From contig OZ037766.1 in assembly GCA_964035545.1 (NCBI GenBank), forward strand, positions 23,986,126-24,050,125: 64,000 nt of DNA, read 5' to 3'. The stretch comes from Bugula neritina (taxonomy: Eukaryota > Animalia > Bryozoa). Shown piece by piece: positions 61,401 to 64,000 of this stretch (its first letter is position 1; every line of letters starts with the position of its first letter). The notes under the pieces are model-generated. The model did not search any database. It saw only the letters and a list, made by a program, of their open reading frames with translations, and had not been told where the DNA came from. A program made the translations under genes and the position numbers.

Positions 61401-62394
61401 TGCCCGCCACACAGTGTTTTGGCTTGGCATCACCAATGACATCAAAAACAATATTGCTAACTGTCGACAATGTCAACTGGATGCTCCCCGGCAACAGAAG
61501 GAAACACTTTTACTCCACACAGTTCCCCAACAACCCTGGACCAAAGTAGGAATTGACTTGTTTGAATACAATCACACTCACTACATTACTATTGTTGACT
61601 ATACGACTGACTACCTTGAATATGACCGACTGGACAACCAAACAGCAGAGGCTGTTATCAACTCCATAAAGCGCTGTTTTGGACGCCTGGGAATACCCAG
61701 ACAGGTTCACACTGACAACGGACCACAGTTTACCTCGCACCAGTTTTCCACTTTCAGCCAATCATGGAATTTCACACACACCACCAGCTCTCCATATCAT
61801 CCTCAGTCCAATGGGAAGGCAGAGTCTGCTGTGAAGATAGCCAAACGTATACTCCGCAGATGTGAAGAGCCCGAACTTGCGTTACTGGAACATCTCAACA
61901 CCACCAAAGAAGGCCTGACGGCCAGCCCAATTCAGCAACTTATCGGAAGACCCACCAGGTCAGTACTCCCACAAGTTCGGCCAGAAACAGAGAACAACCA
62001 AGGTTGGTGGGAAAAGCAGGGCCGCAATGAAAAACTGCAGCAGAGATGCAATGACGGTGCAAGAGATTTGGCAGTGCTGAAAGAAGGGCAACCAGTTTTG
62101 GTTCGAGACTGGAGTCAGCACCGGAGAAAATGGCAGGAGGCGCAAATTAACAAACAATTGAGTAGCAGAGCCTATGCCATACAACTTAACAACAACCTCT
62201 TTCGGAGAAACCGGCGAGACATCAGACCACTCGTCACGGAGCCAGCGAGTCCTGAGACACCAAAGGATCCTAAACAAAACGCTAGTAGTACCCAGGTTGA
62301 CACCACCGAGAGCGCCAATCATAGCGACAATCTAAGACGTTCAACCAGAGAACGGAAGCCACCTAGTTGGATGGCAGACTATGTGCCCTCTTAA
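58444..62394 (+). CDS. Gag-Pol polyprotein, 1316 aa (Gag, PR, RT, RNase H, IN)
   Basis: Two CCHC knuckles (CGNCGGNHPPRAC, CNHCKKFNHFAAYC), protease LDTGA, RT LPFGI...VADDIL, RNase H TDAS...TDHKPL, integrase HHCC plus IDLF...TDNGPQF...NGKAE. Gypsy domain order. Confidence 0.97.
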   Translation: MEQLLAPKPLADGPNLPEEWKIFKRDFELFLTATSKDTAEGKVKTAYLLRTIGRRGNQIYDSFNWTDNNDKTDYDKVVTQFDDYCKPRINLVAKTHSLLTCKQGNRTIDEFLTELHTIAGLCDLKDMYNRLILQALILGIESDKIRKKLFDLTDFDKAIELCRREEASAIDYKTMTKDNTYGLEQVNLVKHRPPTHQYHSNDTRNTDKHRGQLSHTHSQPNVRKSVGASRCGNCGGNHPPRACPAYGKQCNHCKKFNHFAAYCRSRMHHYRDSTETANQVTWNYSSDSDSQHVSTISTTVRDRKLLAMLTAKQADTIYDIEFQLDTGASCNTLNTIDYDKLGRPKLTPTDTVLTLYDQSKCAPLGWTRIQILNKQGCYTTLKFLVVETTQHSLLSWKSCLHLDLLQMPSTKSENVNFATTDPDLQTLLTNFDDIFTGLGKFEQEYRIELRPEAVPVQVRPRKVPLSMKSDLIKTILELEQRQIIAKVEAPTDWISHLQPVRKPNGKIRICIDPQNLNQAIKRNHAVMPTLEDVLPQLNGAKFFSLCDAKEGFYQIPLAEESTDLTTFWTPIGKYKYLRLPFGIASAPEEFQRRLTENLAGLDGITIVADDILIFGSTRKEHDRNLEALFKRARQTGLRLNKEKSRFLQDELPYIGHILTTNGLKPDPNKVKAILKMKPPSSPQGVKRFLGHITYMSKFISNLASESEPLRRLLTQDNAQDFHWTDDQMNAFNRLKTLLTDSETLQYFDCNKPVTIQTDASNAGVGATLMQGGKPVAYASRSLTKSEQNYVPLELECLAIVFGTERFDQYIFGHHAVTIQTDHKPLVSIFRKSIHKASRRLQAMLLHLQRYPNIKVTWQKGAEQITADLLSRDSYFDSPNYQQLPEHIFHIDSQNNDAPVCDDLIDNIRTATAQDNELMTLTNLIKHDWNIANCTTHDKYKHFQDELSIDNGIVYKGLRAIIPKTLQRKFLQLLHTGHNGINSTLRRARHTVFWLGITNDIKNNIANCRQCQLDAPRQQKETLLLHTVPQQPWTKVGIDLFEYNHTHYITIVDYTTDYLEYDRLDNQTAEAVINSIKRCFGRLGIPRQVHTDNGPQFTSHQFSTFSQSWNFTHTTSSPYHPQSNGKAESAVKIAKRILRRCEEPELALLEHLNTTKEGLTASPIQQLIGRPTRSVLPQVRPETENNQGWWEKQGRNEKLQQRCNDGARDLAVLKEGQPVLVRDWSQHRRKWQEAQINKQLSSRAYAIQLNNNLFRRNRRDIRPLVTEPASPETPKDPKQNASSTQVDTTESANHSDNLRRSTRERKPPSWMADYVPS

Positions 62395-62435
62395 AACAAT
62401 CATATCTAAATAGCTTTTTTCTATTCTGTGGGAGA

Positions 62436-62667
62436 TGTTCGGTGTTCATGTAAACATTTATTTCTAATTTGTTATTTTATTATTTTACTATTTTTTGTCA
62501 TAATCTTAATAATTAATTGTATCACTTATTGTAATAGTTTTAGTATTTTCGTGTATATATATTGTGGTAATAAATCACGGCTTCGGCCTCTTACGTTTAT
62601 CAACTAACTCGAGCACGTTCTGTCTTTTCACGATAGCTGAAATAATATCACAAATCAACATAAAACA
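62436..62667 (+). repeat. 3' LTR
   Basis: Direct repeat of 58168-58399. Confidence 0.96.
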
Positions 62668-64000
62668 CGGGTACCTATGGTTCCAATCTGAATCACAGTT
62701 ACTGAGTGTCCCGTAGCATGGCAGTTCAATTTAATAAAGTTAAAGTGAAAGCGAAAGTCGTAATTATAACACAAGGCCAAATTGTTCTTGAAACTTATGC
62801 GCTCATAGAGTTATCTTCTCAGTATTGCAAATAGTGCGGCTGACCCAAACAACTTCCATAATAGTTTTATCGAAGTTTAATGTAAAAATTATTTAAATTA
62901 TGATATAATAACAGATTGAACAACTAGAGCAGTATAATAATATAGAGCTCCTCAACTACTTCAAATTGGCATCATGTCATTTAGATGGCTACTAATAACT
63001 GATGGATGAGAGCATGAAGTTGTTTCCCCTAAGAAAATAGATCTATGGCTGAGAGCCTCAGCGTATCCTCGCAATAGCGGTTTCAATTAAAACCCTTTTA
63101 ACATAATTCCTGTTAAATGAAAATGCCTCACTTCAGCTTGTTCAGCCTCTAGTTGAAAAATTTGAATTTGTTCAAGCTATTAAAAGTTATGATCGAGTTG
63201 GAGTTATAGCTAGGCAATTGTTAGCCAGATTGATGAATGTTTCAGACGATGGATTTGAATTTTTAAAGGCATTCGATCACACTTTGAAAGACCTAATATT
63301 TATTATTATAAAATATAAGGTCATTCAAATTGTGATACTGATCGAATGCCTTTAAAAATTTAAATTGAAGTCCATCGTCTATAAGTATAAGGCTTATAGT
63401 TTCCGTTTGTTTACTTTATTTTTATTTTGATTACCAATTAATTATAATGAATTAATATTATAATTCAAATTATGATTATCAATATCATTTTGATTATGAT
63501 TAAAAGTAAAAGTAATTAAAATGTACATTTCTTGCAAGAAATAATGGCACACTTGACTTTGTCAATCGCATTGACAATCACAATGAGTATGACTACGACA
63601 ATCACAATTACAATGTGAAACTGAATGTCTTGGAAGGTTTATTTCCGATGCCCTTTTAGAAGATGACAACAGGTCTGGATTCATTCAGTCAACTGCAAGT
63701 ACTTCAATTTAAAATTTAACTGGCAATGACAAGAGTCAGTGACAAGAGTTTCTGTAGTCTCAGTTTTATTTATAATGAATAAGCAATTATGATAATGCAT
63801 TTATTTTTACTTTTGATGATTTTATGTTTTGAAAAGTTTAAATTACCAAAATGTTAGTCTTAGAACTAGAAGTAGAACTATTAGTAGCCTAATGCACAAT
63901 TTTTACTTTAGCTTTGGGGCTTGGCAAGATGCATTAAGATGAACTTGTTTAACTTGATGTAAATTACCAGTTAATCTTGCATCGAGTATTTAAAACTGTA

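Larger units (their letters stand above)
58168..62667 (+). mobile_element. Complete Ty3/Gypsy LTR retrotransposon, 4500 bp (Mag-like)
   Basis: Two 232-bp TG...CA LTRs, 5-bp TSD cgggt (58163-58167 and 62668-62672), PBS tggtgccccg at 58400, short PPT gtgggaga, single gag-pol ORF. Confidence 0.97.

Overview
AT-rich, intron-containing animal genomic DNA, probably invertebrate; the species cannot be determined from this window. All gene models were built by hand from GT-AG sites and reading-frame continuity. Contents: (1) A head-to-head pair of laminin-derived genes, laminin-gamma-like (minus, ATG 7698, running off the left edge) and laminin-beta-like (plus, 11870-18130). Both stop being laminins after LN plus about 4 LE repeats and continue into a shared non-laminin C-terminal module. 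(2) A secreted NHL-repeat gene (37832-42334) that ends in the same 4-exon module. (3) A defective Tc1 transposon inside a compound microsatellite. (4) A Glu/Lys-rich tandem-repeat protein exon and a truncated second copy. (5) A Cys-rich/mucin/EGF gene fragment. (6) Type I hammerhead ribozyme repeats, including a 271-bp tandem retrozyme-like array in (TA)n. (7) A 5'-truncated Penelope-like element with a minimal hammerhead and a 156-bp palindrome, also in (TA)n. (8) An intact choline-phosphate cytidylyltransferase gene (PCYT1). (9) Several MITEs. (10) A young, complete 4.5-kb Ty3/Gypsy LTR retrotransposon. The two best leads are the truncated laminin beta/gamma pair sharing a C-terminal module with the NHL protein, and the (TA)n-associated retrozyme plus Penelope system.
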